64,000 nucleotides of DNA from Antechinus flavipes. Taxonomy: Eukaryota. Under the pieces are notes generated by a model. The model ran no database searches and was not told where the DNA came from. It saw nothing but the letters and a program-made list of their open reading frames with translations. Positions 1 through 15,035 of this stretch are shown in pieces (positions within the stretch are counted from its first letter, which is position 1; every line of letters begins with the position of its first letter). Where the stretch lies: positions 725,214,001 to 725,278,000 of the forward strand of contig NC_067398.1 in assembly GCF_016432865.1 (NCBI RefSeq), in the 5' to 3' direction. The translations under genes and the position numbers were made by a program.

Positions 1-1430
1 TGCTACTGGAGAGTGCTAACTCTGGATGAGAGAATGTAGCTGTTGACTTTGTGCGATTCTGCCTCGCTAAAACCTAATTTCTGCACAAATCATCTCTACC
101 ATTTTACCATTTCTATTTATCTCAAAAGTCCTGTGATGATGGGCAAGTAAAGCAGCAGGTGTGAGCTGCAGCCCAGATCTTAGGTTCCTCTTCTTGCTGG
201 GAGCAGCAGTGAGATTCAGTAGCCCCCTGGTGTTTGAACAGCCTTTTAAGGACTGCACCTCCAGATGTGAGGGACTAGAAAAGGTGCCCCCAAAATAGTC
301 TGCTTACCCAACCCTGGCCTGATTACTTCAGCAAGCAGGAATCCTGCCCTGTGGTCAAAACACACAAAAATGGGCAAAAATTCTGCATACCACCCAAAAT
401 AAAGTACAAGCGAAGCTTGGAGAGATTCTGGATTCCGGGATCAGCAAGGAAAATGAAATTAATTTTATGCTGATAGTGACAATCCAAAGCACATTTATGA
501 TGCTGTGAAGATTATTTATGGGCTAACAACCTATGGTGCATCTCAGTTTCATGACCACCTCATCACCAGCACCTAAAAGCAATAGAACTTCATGGATGCC
601 TCCTTGCAGTAGATACTGGCATTTAATAGGCTACATGATTGTAAGGAGAGACAGTGTAGGAGAATGGTGTAAGCAGTGTGTGGTGCAGAGTGCTGGACTG
701 ATCACAGACTTAACCTCTTCCAGATGAATATTCACATTCAGCAGCACATCATGTGCTCATCATTGCCCTGAAGGTTATTTATGGGCCAAAGAACGACCCA
801 TGATGCATTTCAACTACTCAGTGCAGATGGAGCCACATTGATTAGTGATAAGGACATGATCCTGGACAGATGAACTGGATACATACTACTATTCTCAAAA
901 GACCATCATCAATCAATGCTGAAGCCATTGATAATTACTTCAGGTTAAAATCAATCTCTCCCTCGCTGAAGTTCTAGCTGTTGCAAAGCACCTGGTGCTG
1001 ATTCTATTCCAGCTGAGATTTACAAGGTGGAAGGAGGGCTCCCTGCTTGTACAAAAAAAAAAAAAAAAAAAAAAAACCCTGAAATTTTCCAGGTTATATG
1101 GCAAGAGATTAGTTAATCCCTCAATAGTTCCAGGATGCCTCCGTTGTCCATCTCTATAAAGGTAAAGGAAATAGGTTGTGACAATCACAGGGGAGGGAAA
1201 GGGGAGAAGGGGTGTCCTTTTTATCAGTGCTGGCAAGATTCTGATTCTGGCTAGAGTCCTCCTTACGAGGCTGATCCTGTCCTTGGAACTTATCTGAGAG
1301 CCAGTATGGCTTTAGAAAGGTTGGAGAACAGCTGACATGGTATTTGCTGCTCAACAGCTCTCGGTGAAATGCCCAGGTCCAGGCACAAGCACACAGCGGG
1401 GCCACATGAAAGGAGCCTAAGGGCATTCAA
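1..1430 (+). mobile_element. Degraded, internally rearranged RTE-clade LINE
   Basis: Translations resemble RTE ORF motifs: KSNRTSWMPPCSRYWHLIGYMIVRRD (endonuclease, ~580-650), YDAVKIIYG..YGASQ, QLLSADGATLISDKDMIL, and AGKIL..SQYGFRK..DMVFAAQQL (RT). There are many frameshifts and an expanded A-run at 1052-1076. Confidence 0.8.
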
Positions 1431-1499
1431 AACTTAAGTCGGAACTTTAGTGAGGAAGGGACTGATTTCAACCTGAGGTTAGATTAAACATAGGAGACA

Positions 1500-4200
1500 A
1501 CCTGGACCCAAAACACACCAAGCACATGGCAGGGGAGGTAACCTGCTGGGAGAACCAGGACTTCTTGAGGAAAGCATCGTTCAAACAGGATGTTGAAGGA
1601 AGCCAAGCATTCTTAGAGTCAAAGGTAGTCAGGGACAGCCATGGAAAAATACCTGAAGCATCACATGTGAGTGATGGCCCATAGGCCAGTGTGATGGAGC
1701 ACGTGGTTTGTGGTAAGTTGGAAAATCTTAGAATCTAGGAAGAGAGCAGGTTATAATGAGCTGCAAATGCTGGAGAAATCCATCTCTGATTCTAGCCAGG
1801 ACAAAGAGTTGCTAAATTAAAAGGGAGCATTTTGCAGGGGATGGGAGAAATTGCACAGTAATGATATTGAAGCAAAGAAAAAATATAGGCTCTGTAGTTT
1901 TAAAATAATAGAACAGAGGACAAAACATTCAACTTCAGGATTAATATGAATTTATTAAATACTTTTTAAAAAGCTGTACACAATATAGGTGTTCTGTTCT
2001 TGTATATGGGACTGTATGTTTTTCAAGTATGGAATCAAACTTTTTAAATAAAAATCATTTTGGCAGTTATATGAAGGGTGAATTGAGATAAATCAATCAG
2101 AAGATGGTAGTGATGAGCTCTAAACCACGGGAGCAGCTGTGTGACTAAAGAGAATGTGTTAATACGTGGAAAATTAAGATTTGCCACTCACTGAATACAT
2201 AAAGCGAGTGAACAAATGTGAGTCAAGAGTTGACGGGATTACAAAACTGGATGATTATGAAGATGGTATTGCCGTCAATAGGAATAGTGAAGTTTGGAGA
2301 AGGGGAGGATTTGGGGGAAATATAAGTTGTTTTGTATATGTGAAGTTTAAGATCTCTGTAAGGCACCCTGTTCAAAACATCTAATAGGCAACTGCCTATT
2401 AGATAGGTAGTGTGAAAATGAAGCTCAGGATAGAGGCAAAGATTGGGTTTGAGAATCATCATCTGCATAGATAACTGAGTCCTTGAGAGTTGATAAGATC
2501 ACTTACTAGTATAAGGAAAGGAGAAGAGAGTACAGATGCTTAGGGGATACCCTAAGTGTTAAGTAGGCATAACATGGATAAAGATCTAGTTAAGTAGACT
2601 GAGTGGTGGTCAGACAGGGAGGACCTGTCTGAGGAGAGGGGAAAACCTCAAGCATCTGGAAAGTGCAGAGTATCCCAGAGGAAAAAGTAGTTAACTACAA
2701 AATGTTTCAAATGGGATGAGAATTGCCAAAAGGCCATTGGGTTTGGAGATTAAACAGCTCATTAATAAGTTCAGAGAGCAATTTCAGTTTAATGATGAAG
2801 AATCGGCAAATGGTTCAGAAGTAGGTATGTGTTGAAATAGAAACATTGGAAAATAAACACCTTTTCAAGAACTTGACCTGAGAAGAAGAGATACAGGGTT
2901 ATAGTTGGCAGCCATGGTAGAATCTTGTGAAGCTTCTTCAAGGATAAGGGAGATTTGGATATATTGACAGCCATCAGGAAAGGAAAGAGTAGATAGGGAG
3001 AGACTGATTAGAGAGGGAAGATAAGTAAAATAAAAAAGGAACAAAGATTTAGGGTACACATAGAAAGGTCAGCCTTAGCACAAAGGGACATCTCTTCCTT
3101 AGAGCCTGGCGTGAAGGAGGAAATGGGAGGATGACAACAGATTTCTGGGGAAGAGAGCTCTAATTTAGATGATAACTGAATCAGATTAAAATATAATTGG
3201 AAAATGTTTAACAAACAATGTGGAATGTTAGTTACTTTGTGCTTTTCTAAATCAACATGTGGCCAAAGGGATTCACTGCTGGGAGGGAATGGCTTCAACT
3301 TTTCAGAGATCGCAAGGTCATACAGGGCATTTGAGACAGACCCATGCCCTAAGAGAATCACTATTAGCTATCTGGAAGACGGGCTGGTGAGGGCCACCTC
3401 ACTGACATTGGGCTCAATGTGAGTCTTCAATTTTGCCCATTTGTACGCTCCTGTACCTGCTCCTCTGCCACCTCAAGTTCTGACTGCAAACAGTAACCCA
3501 GCCAAGTTATCGCCCGAGGAAAAATGGTAGTCATTGATGCTAGGACTCCAAATTTGGATGGCCACCCCATCCAGAACACTCCTCCCTATTTCCCAATATG
3601 TGCTGACTCTGCATAATGAGCTAAGCGGACATGGAAGGTAGATAATGTTTGGCTTGTATTTTTATCCCCAGTTCTCTTAGCATAGTACCTGGCACATGAC
3701 AAATGCTTTTTACACTATTTCTGATCAGGGGACCAGAAAGGTGGTTACTGCAACTGGTCAGGTGATAAGAACCTGAATTGAGATGGTCCTATGTGAGTGA
3801 AATATTAGAAACAGTAAGACTTGGCCACTGACTGAAAATGTGCTCATGATAAATGTTCATAGAGTGGAAGAAGTGTAAACAGCTAGGAAAGACAAGACTG
3901 GGAAGGATGGCTTGAAAACTACTGAGAATAGATGATTACTAGAATGAGATGAAGACGTTTGGAGGGGGTGGGCTCAAAGGCACGAGAAAAGGATTGTACT
4001 TGTCAAGGTGCAAAGCTATCTCTCTTCCTCTCAACTAGAAGGAAGAGTTGCTGACAATGACAAAGCTTCTGAGTGGGGAGGGAGGGGGCTGAGCAAGCAC
4101 CAGATTGTCACAATTTCCTCAGCAAATCAAGACACTTCCTACGGTGTGTGTGAAGACTTCGGTAGAAGTTACTGAAGACTTGAGGAAGAAAAAGCAAGAG
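1500..4200 (-). mobile_element. Ancient L2 fragments with L2/MIR 3' ends
   Basis: Purine-rich L2-like text (e.g. gtgaagtttaagatctctgtaaggcaccctgttcaaaacatctaataggcaactg at ~2340-2395) and cttagcatagtacctggcacat at ~3677. Boundaries are approximate. Confidence 0.55.
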
Positions 4201-5206
4201 CAACTGTGAGGTAGAGCCTCACCTCATTTGTGTAACTTAATCTGGATTCCCTACTTTTTGGTAAAAAAGTCTGACTGAGCCCCCAAAATTATATAGCAAT
4301 AACAAAATAAAAAGAATGAGACACCAAAAAATCAAGAGGAAATGTAACAATTATAAAGAATTCAGCAGGACTAGAACGAAGAGAAATAAGGACATCCCTC
4401 AACTTAACATTCATGAAGGTGGAAGGTAAGTGTTTCACACTGCATAGACTTTGGGGCTTTTTCTATGCATTGAAGTTATGCTGATTTTTTTTTTCCCTCT
4501 CTAAAAATACTATTACATGGGATAGCTCTCTAGGATGATGGAGGGAGGGAAAAATACTTGGGATAAAAATGATGTAAAAAAAAAAAAAAAGAAAATATCA
4601 ATTTAAAAAATTTTAAGCATAGTTTTGATTGAAATCTTCATGCTCATTCCATTCCTAAGATTTCTTTCCAATATAAGGTATGTGTTTGTGTGGAAGGCTT
4701 TTCAACTGTCATTGTAAAAAAGCTTCTGTCCAATATGAATGCTGTGACATCTAAGTTTTGTTCTGTGCATGACAGCTTTTCCACATTCAAAAATCTTCTT
4801 TTGAGATTAAAAGGAAGGAAAAAATGCTTAAAAACTCCTTAGTTCTGGGGTGTGAAATGGAAGTCAGACCCCATCAGAGTGTGATTCTATTGCCATAAAC
4901 TAAGTCTAAAAGCACCTGCCGTTCATGTGGGGATTTTAAGGATTTTAGAATTGCTGCTCTGAAAAGGATGCTAGAACCTGCTGAAATCTATTTTCAGTTA
5001 AGGAGTGTCTGGGTGAAATTCCTCATGTTCACAACATCCCTAAGACCTTCCAGTATACATTATCAGGTTTTTAGGTTTGGGTTCTGGCTAAAAATTTTTC
5101 AATGTTCCTTTCTTTCACAAGATTTCTGTCTTAAACAGCAGCTGATATTGAGTAAAGTTTTTGCTTTGGAAGAAAGTCTCCCTTCAATCACAACATTTAT
5201 AAAGTT

Positions 5207-7450
<2,244 letters not shown>

Positions 7451-7679
7451 CTATTGTTCCTCCTCATACACATGGAACTTTGTTGTATTCTCTATCAAAA
7501 AAACAAAACAAAAAAACCCAAAGCATATTTTCTCATAGAGAGGTAGTTAAAGTGCAATGGATAGTGTTAGGCTTTAAATCAAATTAGGCACAAATTTACT
7601 TGTTCCTTATTAGTTTTATCACCAAATAATTTTAACTTTTCTATACCTCAGAAAAATTTATTTTTATTATAGTGCACAA

Positions 7680-8166
7680 GAAAAATAAGATCAAAAAGGA
7701 AAAAAAGAGAAAGAAAACAAATATAAACAAACAAGAACAAAAAAAGAGTGAGAATGCTATGTTGTGGTCCACACTCAGTCCCCACAGTCCTTTAGTGGGT
7801 ACAGAAGGCTCTCTTCATCACAACACCTTTGGAACTGGCCTGAATCATCTCATGGTTGAAAAGAGCCACGTCCATCAGAATTAATCATCCTATAATCTTG
7901 TATCTCCTGGTTCTGTTCATTTCACTTATCATCAGTTTATGTGAGTCTCTCCAGGCCTCCCTGAAATGAATCTGCTGATTGTTTCTTTTAGAACAATAGT
8001 ATTCCGTAGCATTCATATGCCACAATTTATTCAGCCATTCTCCAGTTGATAGGCATCCACTCAGTTTTCAGTTTCTCACCACTACAAAAAAGGCTGCCAC
8101 AAATGTTTTTGCACATGTGGGTCCCTTTCCCTCTTTTAAGATCTCTTTGGGATATACTGCTGGGTC
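7680..8166 (-). mobile_element. Older L1 3' end (left half; continues at ~10203-10300), split by a younger L1
   Basis: Reverse complement of L1 ORF2 end and 3' UTR (gtccctttccctc..., gctgggtcaaag). The text resumes after the insertion as tttgatagacctttgagcatagttctagattgctctccagaatggttgg. Confidence 0.75.
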
Positions 8167-8181
8167 AAAGGGGGTGCACCG

Positions 8182-10189
8182 GCATTTTTATACATCACCA
8201 ACAAAACCCAACAGCAAGAGATACAAAGAGAAATTCCATTCAGAATAACTGTTGATACCATAAAATATTTGGGAATCTATCTACCAAAGGAAAGTCAGGA
8301 ATTATATGAGCAAAATTATAAAAAAGTCTCCACACAAATAAAGTCAGACTTAAATAATTGGAAAAATATTAAGTGCTCTTGGATTGGCCGAGCGAACATA
8401 ATAAAGATGACAATACTCCCTAAACTAATCTATTTATTTAGTGCTATACCAATCAGACTTCCAAGAAAATATTTTAATGATCTAACAATCATTTAGTGAT
8501 CTAACAATAAAAAGTCGAGAATCTCAAGGGAATTAATGAAAAAAAAATCAAATGAAGGTGGCCTAGCTGTACCTGATCTAAAATTATATTATAAAGCAGC
8601 AGTCACCAAAACCATTTGGTATTGGCTAAGAAATAGATTAGTGGATCAGTGGAAAAGGTTAGGTTCACAAGACAGAATAGTCAACTATAGCAATCTAGTG
8701 TTTGACAAACCCAAAGCCCCTAACTTCTGGGAAAAGAATTCATTATTTGATAAAAACTGCTGGGATAATTGGAAATTAGTATGGCAGAAATTAGGCATGG
8801 ACCCACACTTAACACCATATACCAAGATAAGATCAAAATGGGTCCAAGACCTAGGCATAAAGAACGAGATTATAAATAAATTAGAGGAACATAGAATAGT
8901 TTATCTCTCAGACTTGTGGAGGAGAAAGAAATTTGTGACCAAAGATGAACTAGAGACCATTACTGATCACAGAATAGAAAATTTTGATTACATCAAATTA
9001 AAAAGCCTTTGTACAAACAAAACTAATGCAAACAAGATTAGAAGGGAAGCAACAAACTGGGAAAACATCTTCACAGTTAAAGGTTCTGATAAAGGCCTCG
9101 TTTCCAAAATATATAGAGAACTGACTCAAATTTATAAGAAATCAAACCATTCTCCAATTGATAAATGGTCAAAGGATATGAACAGACAATTTTCAGAGGA
9201 TGAAATTGAAACTATTACCACTCATATGAAAGAGTGTTCCAAATCATTATTGATCAGAGAAATGCAAATTAAGACAACTCTGAGATACCACTACACACCT
9301 GTCAGATTGGCTAAGATGACAGGAAAAAATAATGATGAATGTTGGAGGGGATGCGGGAAACCTGGGACACTAATGCATTGTTGGTGGAGTTGTGAACGAA
9401 TCCAACCATTCTGGAGAGCAATCTGGAATTATGCCCAAAAAATGATCAAATTGTGCATACCCTTTGATCCAGCAGTGTTTCTATTGGGCTTATATCCCAA
9501 AGAAATACTAAAGAAGGGAAAGGGACCTGTATGTGCCAAAATGTTTGTGGCAGCCCTATTTGTAGTGGCTAGAAACTGGAAAATGAATGGATGCCCATCA
9601 ATTGGAGAATGGCTGGGTAAATTGTGGTATATGAATGTTATGGAATATTATTGTTCTGTAAGAAATGACCAGCAGGATGAATACAGAGAGGACTGGCGAG
9701 ACTTACATGAACTGATGCTAAGTAAAATGAGCAGAACCAGAAGATCAATATACACTTCGACAACGATAATGTATGAGGACATATTTTGATGGAAGTGGAT
9801 TTCTTTGACAAAGAGACCTAACTCAGTTTCAATTGATAAATGACGGACAGAAACAGCTACACCCAAAGAAAGAACACTGGGAAACGAATGTGAACTATCT
9901 GCATTTTTGTTTTTCGTCCCGGGTTATTTCTACCTTCTGAATCCAATTCTCCCTGTGCAACAAGAGAACTGTTCGGTTCTGCAAACATATATTGTATCTA
10001 GGATATACTGCAACATACCCAACATATAAAGGACTGCTTGCCATCTAGGGAAGGGGGTGGAGGGAGGGAGGGGAAAAAAATTGGAACAGAAACGAGTGCA
10101 AAGGATAATGTTGTAAAAAAAAAAAAAATTACCCTGGCATGGATTCTGTCAATATAAAGTAATTATTAAATAAAAATTAAAAAAAAAAA
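8182..10189 (+). mobile_element. Young 5'-truncated L1 (ORF2 C-terminal part, 3' UTR, poly-A) with TSD
   Basis: ORFs 8269-8496 and 8536-9789 are in the same frame and encode L1 ORF2 (GGLAVPDLKLYYKAAVTKTIWYW; CWRGCGKPGTLMHCWW). A-tail at ~10180-10189. TSD aaagggggtgcaccg at 8167-8181 and ~10187-10202 (one extra G). Confidence 0.95.
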
Positions 10190-10734
10190 GGGGGGTGCAC
10201 CGTTTGATAGACCTTTGAGCATAGTTCTAGATTGCTCTCCAGAATGGTTGGATCAGTTCACAACTCCACCAATAATGTGTTAATGTCCCAGTTTTTCAGG
10301 TAATTTTAAAACAAGAAATGGGATACCACTAGTGTTCAGCACAATACCTGCTTAATAAGTGCTAGCTGATTAACGTATCATTCCTCTTCATTCTCTATTT
10401 CAGTATAAATGACTAACCTACTGCTACCCATCCACAAACTGTCCACATCTCCTTTTGTACCTCTGTATACCTGATCCCTGAGGTCTGGTATGTATTCTCT
10501 CCTCCCTCTACCACTCAGAATCTTTAACTTCCTCCCAGCCATAGCTCAAATTTGTAAATATAAATAACACATATAAATATATCATTTATTTATAAATGTT
10601 CTCTGCTCTCCCCAATATCACAATGGCCTCTTATAGGATATGTGACTTTTGAGTATTACATAAATATGATTATCATACTTAATGACAGAATATCATTTAT
10701 GATAATAGTATATGATGATAAAAGATATGTCAAT

Positions 10735-10955
10735 AATAGCTAATATTTATATGCTTAGTGTGCACCAAGTATTTTGATAAGCACTTTATAATTATTATCT
10801 CAAGATGATCCCCCCCAACCACCTTGAGAGGCAGATGCCATTTTAGAGATGAAGAAACTGAGGTAGATGGATGAACTGATTTGCTCAGGGCTAGGCAGTG
10901 TCTGAAGCAAGACTTGAACTGAGGTCCAGGGCCAGGGCTCTGTCCCCTGTGCCAC
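10735..10955 (-). mobile_element. CORE-SINE (MIR/MAR-like)
   Basis: ttttagagatgaagaaactgagg core and ttgaactgaggtcc...ctctgtcccctgtgccac reverse tRNA-derived head. Confidence 0.7.
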
Positions 10956-12150
10956 AAGAGAGGGCACTAGCTGTAGACTGTAGAGCACTAGCTGGCGCAT
11001 TCTTTGAGAGACAACCAGTTTTCCTCTTCTCTGACTGCTGAAGTGACAGGGACGACTCCTGAGCAGAAGCTTAGGAAGCCCGAGGTCCGATCCCAGGCCC
11101 CACTGCTCACATGCCGGCTCCACCAACTCAATTTGTCTTCCTCCTTCCTGAAACTGGTAGCCTAGGGATCCGGGGACAGTCTCTCATTCTGAATATGCCC
11201 CCTTCCCTGAGTTCCCTTAACACTGCTATTTCTCTTCTTAATGTCTCTTTCTCCATTTCCTGGCTGGACTTTCATCCATACCTTGCTCCATAAAGGGGAA
11301 TGCTGTTCCCCAGCTCAGGGGTCATTTTCTTTAAAAGACCTGGCTTAAGTCCTGCCTGTTACCCCTTCCTACCACACCCTAAATCCAAATTAATCTATAA
11401 TCAAGAGGCATTAATTAAGTGCTTTCTGTGTGTAAATGCTGAGGAGATAAAGAAAGGAGAAAACCCAGTATCTGACCTTCAGAAGCCCACAGTATATGGA
11501 AGGACACACTGTATAAACATATACAACATGCAGAAGAAGTACCCAAGGGACGGCATTTCTTTGTAAATACTTTTATTTACTTTTCTATATACATGGTGTT
11601 TCCCCCAACTGAATGCCATTCCTCAGAAGGAAAGGGCTGATTTATTTTTGTCTTTGTACCCAGCACTAACAAATATCTGGTATACTGTAGTTGCTAAATA
11701 ACTACTTGCTGACTAATGAAAGAACAGTCATAAAGCAGGATTTTCTTCTCTAGGTTTTAGATGAATAAAAAAGGATCATTCCACAACTGTGCATTTTATG
11801 ATTTTTCACATAATTAGCTGCTGTGCTTTGCAAAGGTGATTTCTGTGTCTAATCCTGTAAGTTTAACTGATTAACACTGCCAATTAGCAAAAAGAAAAGC
11901 TGGACCATCTTTGTAATTCTTATATAACCCTAATTTGGTTTAGATTACTCTTTCTCAAAGACTATAACACATAAGAGTGGACAGAGGTCAGGACATACTT
12001 GTTTAAGTGGCAGTGAGGATCTGAGAAAGACTTTTTTGAGGTTTTCTCTCCAGATCAGGCCACCAACAATTTACAAGAGCTTCCCCTGAGTCACAGTCAC
12101 TGGAAGGTAGTCATTTGATTTGTTGCTTTCCCATGACTCATGCTACTCAC

Positions 12151-12246
12151 CTTGATGGCAACTTCTTGGAATTGCTCCCTTTGGGGTCCAAGGTGCTTCC
12201 CCTTGCTCCAGCTGGTAGATCACATCTGGTTTGGAAACTTCAAGTC
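12151..12246 (-). CDS. Gene A KRAB-B exon (GLEVSKPDVIYQLEQGEAPWTPKGAIPRSCHQ)
   Basis: 96 nt, bounded by acag| and |gtgagt, phase 1/1, with the KP..I..LE.G..PW motif. Confidence 0.93.
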
Positions 12247-12670
12247 CTGTTCATTGAAAATGAAAAAGTATTGAGAAGAGGTGTCAAAGACACAATTCAA
12301 TTCTGAGCCCTGTCTCTAAGAAAGTCTACCTGATGGCTCCATGTTCCTGAGAAAGACCCTCTTTGTTGTGTTGCTCAGAAATAGGGAAGAATGGACTACA
12401 GCAGATTAGGGTTCAGAAAGACTTCTAAGGTCTAAGTATCTTAGATCTTAAGGAACAAAGAATGAAAGAATTTAAGCTTGAAAACAAACAATACATTCAA
12501 CCTGCCAGGCTGTACAGAACAAAGACATTTACTACCCATGAATATCTTTATCTTGACCACAAAAGGATCAACAACCTGAATCTACTTGTTCAGATACAAC
12601 TGTCACTTAGCCACCCCAGGACACTGCAATGCATACAGGAAGAAAGAACTTGAAGACCCTCCAGTAGTCA

Positions 12671-12856
<186 letters not shown>

Positions 12857-13214
12857 TTACCACTCCTTGGGACCTGGCGAAGCAAAGTTAGAGGAACAGT
12901 CGAGAGTATTTCTCCTGTGTGTCCAGACTCCAACATGCTCCAAGCCAAGTGTCCGAGGGCTTCCATTACCTCCCTTGGGGTAGCCTTCCATGATCCTCAT
13001 CTTCATGTGCCATGAGGAAAGGCTGGGCAAGACTGAGTCTCACACATGGCCTGTGGGGACCAAAGGCCTTGTTTGACCACAGGCCCTTCTTTCTGTGTTT
13101 AAGGCCCTCTTACATGTGACTCTGCCAAAGGAAGAGACTGTGTCATGAGCTTTGCACAATCCCCAAAATTACATGTTGGAGATCAGGATGCTGACAACTA
13201 GCACCGTCTATTAT

Positions 13215-13420
13215 GATAGGCAGGCGTGGCCCAGAGCCAGGAAGACCAGAGTTCAAATCCCACCTCAGATATTCAGCCTAGGCAAGCCACAGAATGTGGC
13301 CTAGTTGTCTTAACTTAAAAATAAGGTGACAGCAGCACCTCTCTGAAGGACATTTGTGAGGAACACTTGTAAAGTGCTTAGCCAGGCGCCGCGCAAGTAT
13401 TAGGTGCTAGATCAATGCTT
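13215..13420 (+). mobile_element. CORE-SINE (MIR-like)
   Basis: ggaagaccagagttcaaatcccacctcaga (B-box head) followed by ttgtgaggaacacttgtaaagtgcttagc. Confidence 0.6.
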
Positions 13421-14419
13421 ATTCTCGCTTTCTCTCCCCCTTATTTCCCAGTAGAGACTACGCAGCCATCACAGCCCGTGTAAAACCTGTATTTATTTCT
13501 TCAGAGTATCAAACACTAAGCCTCACAATTTCTCATCCCACTGTTTAAACTAAAGGAAACACGCTCACCACAACCACCTTTACAAGGCTCTTCTTCCTTT
13601 ATGTACCAATGGCCACTCAGACACACGAGACAACTTTGGAACATGCTAACTGAAAACATGCCACATTCAGTGAAGTCTGGGGGTCATGTACAATTTTCTG
13701 GGGGTTTTGTCCTTTATGAAAATGACTGTGTTTATTAGTGGCTCTCAAGTTTGGAATAACAAAAACAAATTTTTGAAAGAAAAGAGGGTCTGGACTGACA
13801 TATAAACAGGCCCACTAAGAGCTGGTTGTGTTGTCAGACCCAGAGACTCGTCGAGAATGGTTCAGAGGGGTCTTCACCAGAGGCCCCAGAAACTGCATAA
13901 CAGTGTTGTCAGGACCCTGGGCCTGCTAATGGCCCAGAAAGGGAAACATCTCCGCTGCCCACGTCCTGTTCCGGAAGATCACTGAAGGAAAGAATTCTGG
14001 GCTGAATCAAAGGAGAATGGGAAGACATGGTGAGGCTGTCCATCCTCTGACGGCAAATAAGCAATCTGGGGTTTTTAGTGCAAGAAGTTAACAAGATGTG
14101 GAGGCCAAGATACTACTGTTATTTAAGCAGAACTAAGGGAAGCAGAGCATTCCAGATCAGGGGGGTTAAAGTACTTCTCTGGTCAATTTTAAGAGCCACA
14201 TTCAAAGGAGACACAGATAATCTAGAAATTTTCCAAAGTTGGGCAGGAAGTGAAAATAACTGAGGAAATATTAGGTATTTAGACTACAGAAGACAAGACT
14301 CAGCCGAGACAGGAAAGCTGTCACCAGAAGTAGGCTCATTGTGCTGAGATGGTAAGCAGAATCAGGGATAATCAAATTTGAATATGTGAATAACCTGAAG
14401 TTTTGAAAATAAAATTTAA

Positions 14420-15035
14420 GATCCAACCATTCTGGAGAACAGTCTAGAATTAGCTATGCATACCCTTTGACCCAGCAGTGCCATTCCTAGGGCTGTATCC
14501 CAAGGAAATCATAAAGGAAAGAAAAGGACCTACATGTGCAAAAATGTTTGTAGCAACTCTTTCTGTGGTAGCAAAGAATTGGAAAGTGAGTAGATGCCCA
14601 CTGATTGGGGAATGGCTGAGTAAGCTGGGGTATACAAAGGTAATGGAATATTACTGATCTGTAAGAAATGAACAAGCTGATTTTTAGAAAGGCCTGGAAA
14701 GATTTACACAAACTGACGCTGAGGTAAACAAGCAGAACCAAGAATATATTGTACACAGTAACAGCAAGAATGTACTAAGTCAACTATGAAAGACTTGGTT
14801 CTTCTCAACAGTTCAGTGATTTAAAGTGATCCCAACAGGTTTTGGACAGAAAATGCCATCTGCATCCAGAAAAAGAACTATAGAGACTGAATATAAATCA
14901 ACACATGCTATGTTCACTTTTCTCTTCTGCTTTTTTCTCTCCCCTATGGTGTTTCCCTTTTGTTCTAATTTTTCTCTCCCAATATGACTCACAAAGCAAT
15001 ATATATTAAAATAAATACATTTAAAACAAAGAAAA
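14420..15035 (+). mobile_element. Older L1 3' end
   Basis: atccaaccattctggag, gcataccctttgacccagcag, ggacctacatgtgcaaaaatgtttgtagcaactc, 3' UTR and A-rich tail. Confidence 0.8.

Noticed and set aside
1052-1076. Long homopolymers (A at 1052, C at ~29733, T at ~31954)
   Set aside because: These are ordinary slippage expansions, mostly within repeats, and their lengths are unreliable in assemblies.
8536-9789. 417-aa ORF as a host gene
   Set aside because: It is the C-terminal part of L1 ORF2 in a 5'-truncated element with upstream stops.
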